64,000 nucleotides of DNA. It comes from the human T2T-CHM13v2.0 reference genome, Homo sapiens. A program made the translations under genes and the position numbers. The stretch is taken from the NCBI RefSeq assembly GCF_009914755.1, contig NC_060927.1, one strand, 5' to 3'. Below, piece by piece: positions 62,273 through 64,000 of the stretch. How positions within the stretch are numbered: the stretch's first letter is position 1; every line of letters begins with the position of its first letter. Under the pieces are notes generated by a model, which was not told the DNA's origin, did not search any database, and saw only the letters and a list, made by a program, of their open reading frames with translations.

Positions 62273-63200
62273 ACAAAGGAGGTAGGAAAGTACATTGAAA
62301 TGATTCCACTGTCACAAACATTTCTAAATGCTTTTCCAATGTATATGTTTTAAAATTACTTTCAAAATATGTGGCACATTTTTCAGTATTCTCAATTGTG
62401 GCAAATCTTTGGATGTGAAAGTATATTTGAATGTTGGACAAAGTGAAATATCATTCACATTCAAGTTTAGTAAATGAAACCAGTTATTTTTTCAATATTG
62501 GCAAATGGCTTAAAAAATAATACTAATATTTTGCATGTGCTTCATATATAAATAGGTTCTAAAGCTAATACCAAAAAAGTCTGAAGAACATTTTCAGCTT
62601 ATCTTACAACTAGAAGCCCAAATAATAGGAATATGAATCTACATATGCAAATGAAAACCAGCTTCATTTTAAAAGTTTAATGTGGGCATTAGATATACTT
62701 GTGTATTGTGCTTCCAAGGATCTGTGTGTACAGCTCTATTATCATACACTGCATTACAGGTGGGTGTGAGTTCCACCTCCAGCCTGTGAGATGCCTGCAG
62801 GGAGCCATCCTGAGTCCTCCGAATTGACACAGTGTCTTTGGGGTAGGAATTTCCCAGTGAATGCTTACTTAAATGAATTCAGTAAGTGCGTTTTGATTTT
62901 TCCATAGATTGACACAGTGGAACAGTGGCTAAGAGATGATTCTTTACTATAAGCACCCTTCACAGGCAAAGTGGGAATGTGCTTATTGATGAGGTCAAAT
63001 AATTCAGACTGCGGTTCCCACATTGGTCTTGAGTAGTGGATGGCTCCACTAAAACACTAGGTTTCATGGGTTTCACCTGTTTTCTGGTAGTTAATTTAAG
63101 GAGATGGTGCACTAAGACAACTTAGATGGAAAAAATAAATAGCAGCATAAAAAGCAAACTGTGATTGTATAGAACTGTGAGATAATATTCAACTTCGTTT

Positions 63201-63566
<366 letters not shown>

Positions 63567-63639
63567 TAAATGGACTTACACGTGACACAGGTTGGAAAGA
63601 AGCAGAACACTTTAGGCAACAAGGCACTTGATGAAGCAC

Positions 63640-63995
63640 CATGGTACTCTAAGACCTTCTCCACTTTGTCCACATCCCACCTTCCTTTCATGATGCAGCT
63701 CTCATTCCACCTCCTTCCTGAAATCTCTCCTGACCTCTTCATTCTAATTAACATACCTTTCTCCGGACATCCAGAGCATCTCATCTTGCCTTTCCTAAGG
63801 TACTTTTTCCCAACACCTTCCACCTGGTTTAATACCTATCTGTATATATCTTCTCCTCCTCCCCACCACTATATATTATGCCCCACATGCGCAGAGTCTG
63901 TGTATCTACATCTTTGTCTCTTTACATGGTGTCTGGCACAGCACCTTCTTCAGAGTGGGTTTTCAATATGTGATTATTGAAAAGTAAATGAGCAA
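63640..63995 (+). mobile_element. L2 3' end
   Basis: GTGTCTGGCACAGCA..TCAATATGTGATTATTGAA. Confidence 0.55.
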
Positions 63996-64000
63996 GATGG

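Overview
Human genomic DNA (shown by a near-consensus, human-specific AluYb8), AT-rich, with no CpG island, recognisable protein-coding exon, tRNA/rRNA gene or processed pseudogene. It reads as intergenic or deep-intronic sequence; I cannot name the locus. The window is a transposon mosaic: about 25 Alu/FLAM copies, about 13 clear solo LTRs (MLT2A2, MST, MLT1, MER31, MER4, LTR47-like), L1 fragments, L2/L3/MIR relics and DNA-transposon MITEs (MER44, MER47, MER1B, MER53, MER58, MER3, MER102, MADE1), often nested and many with readable target-site duplications (TSDs). The supplied ORFs are Alu, L1, LTR or chance frames. I found no evidence of a new biological system. Best leads: a young AluYb8 inserted antisense inside an older Alu; an 83%-identical 65-bp local duplicate in which one copy ends at a perfect splice donor; an exact 23-bp repeat 2.55 kb apart that looks like a templated insertion; and a minus-strand AG|GTAAG recursive-splice-like site. 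Repeat subfamily names come from remembered consensus sequences, not a database search. Boundaries without a TSD are approximate.
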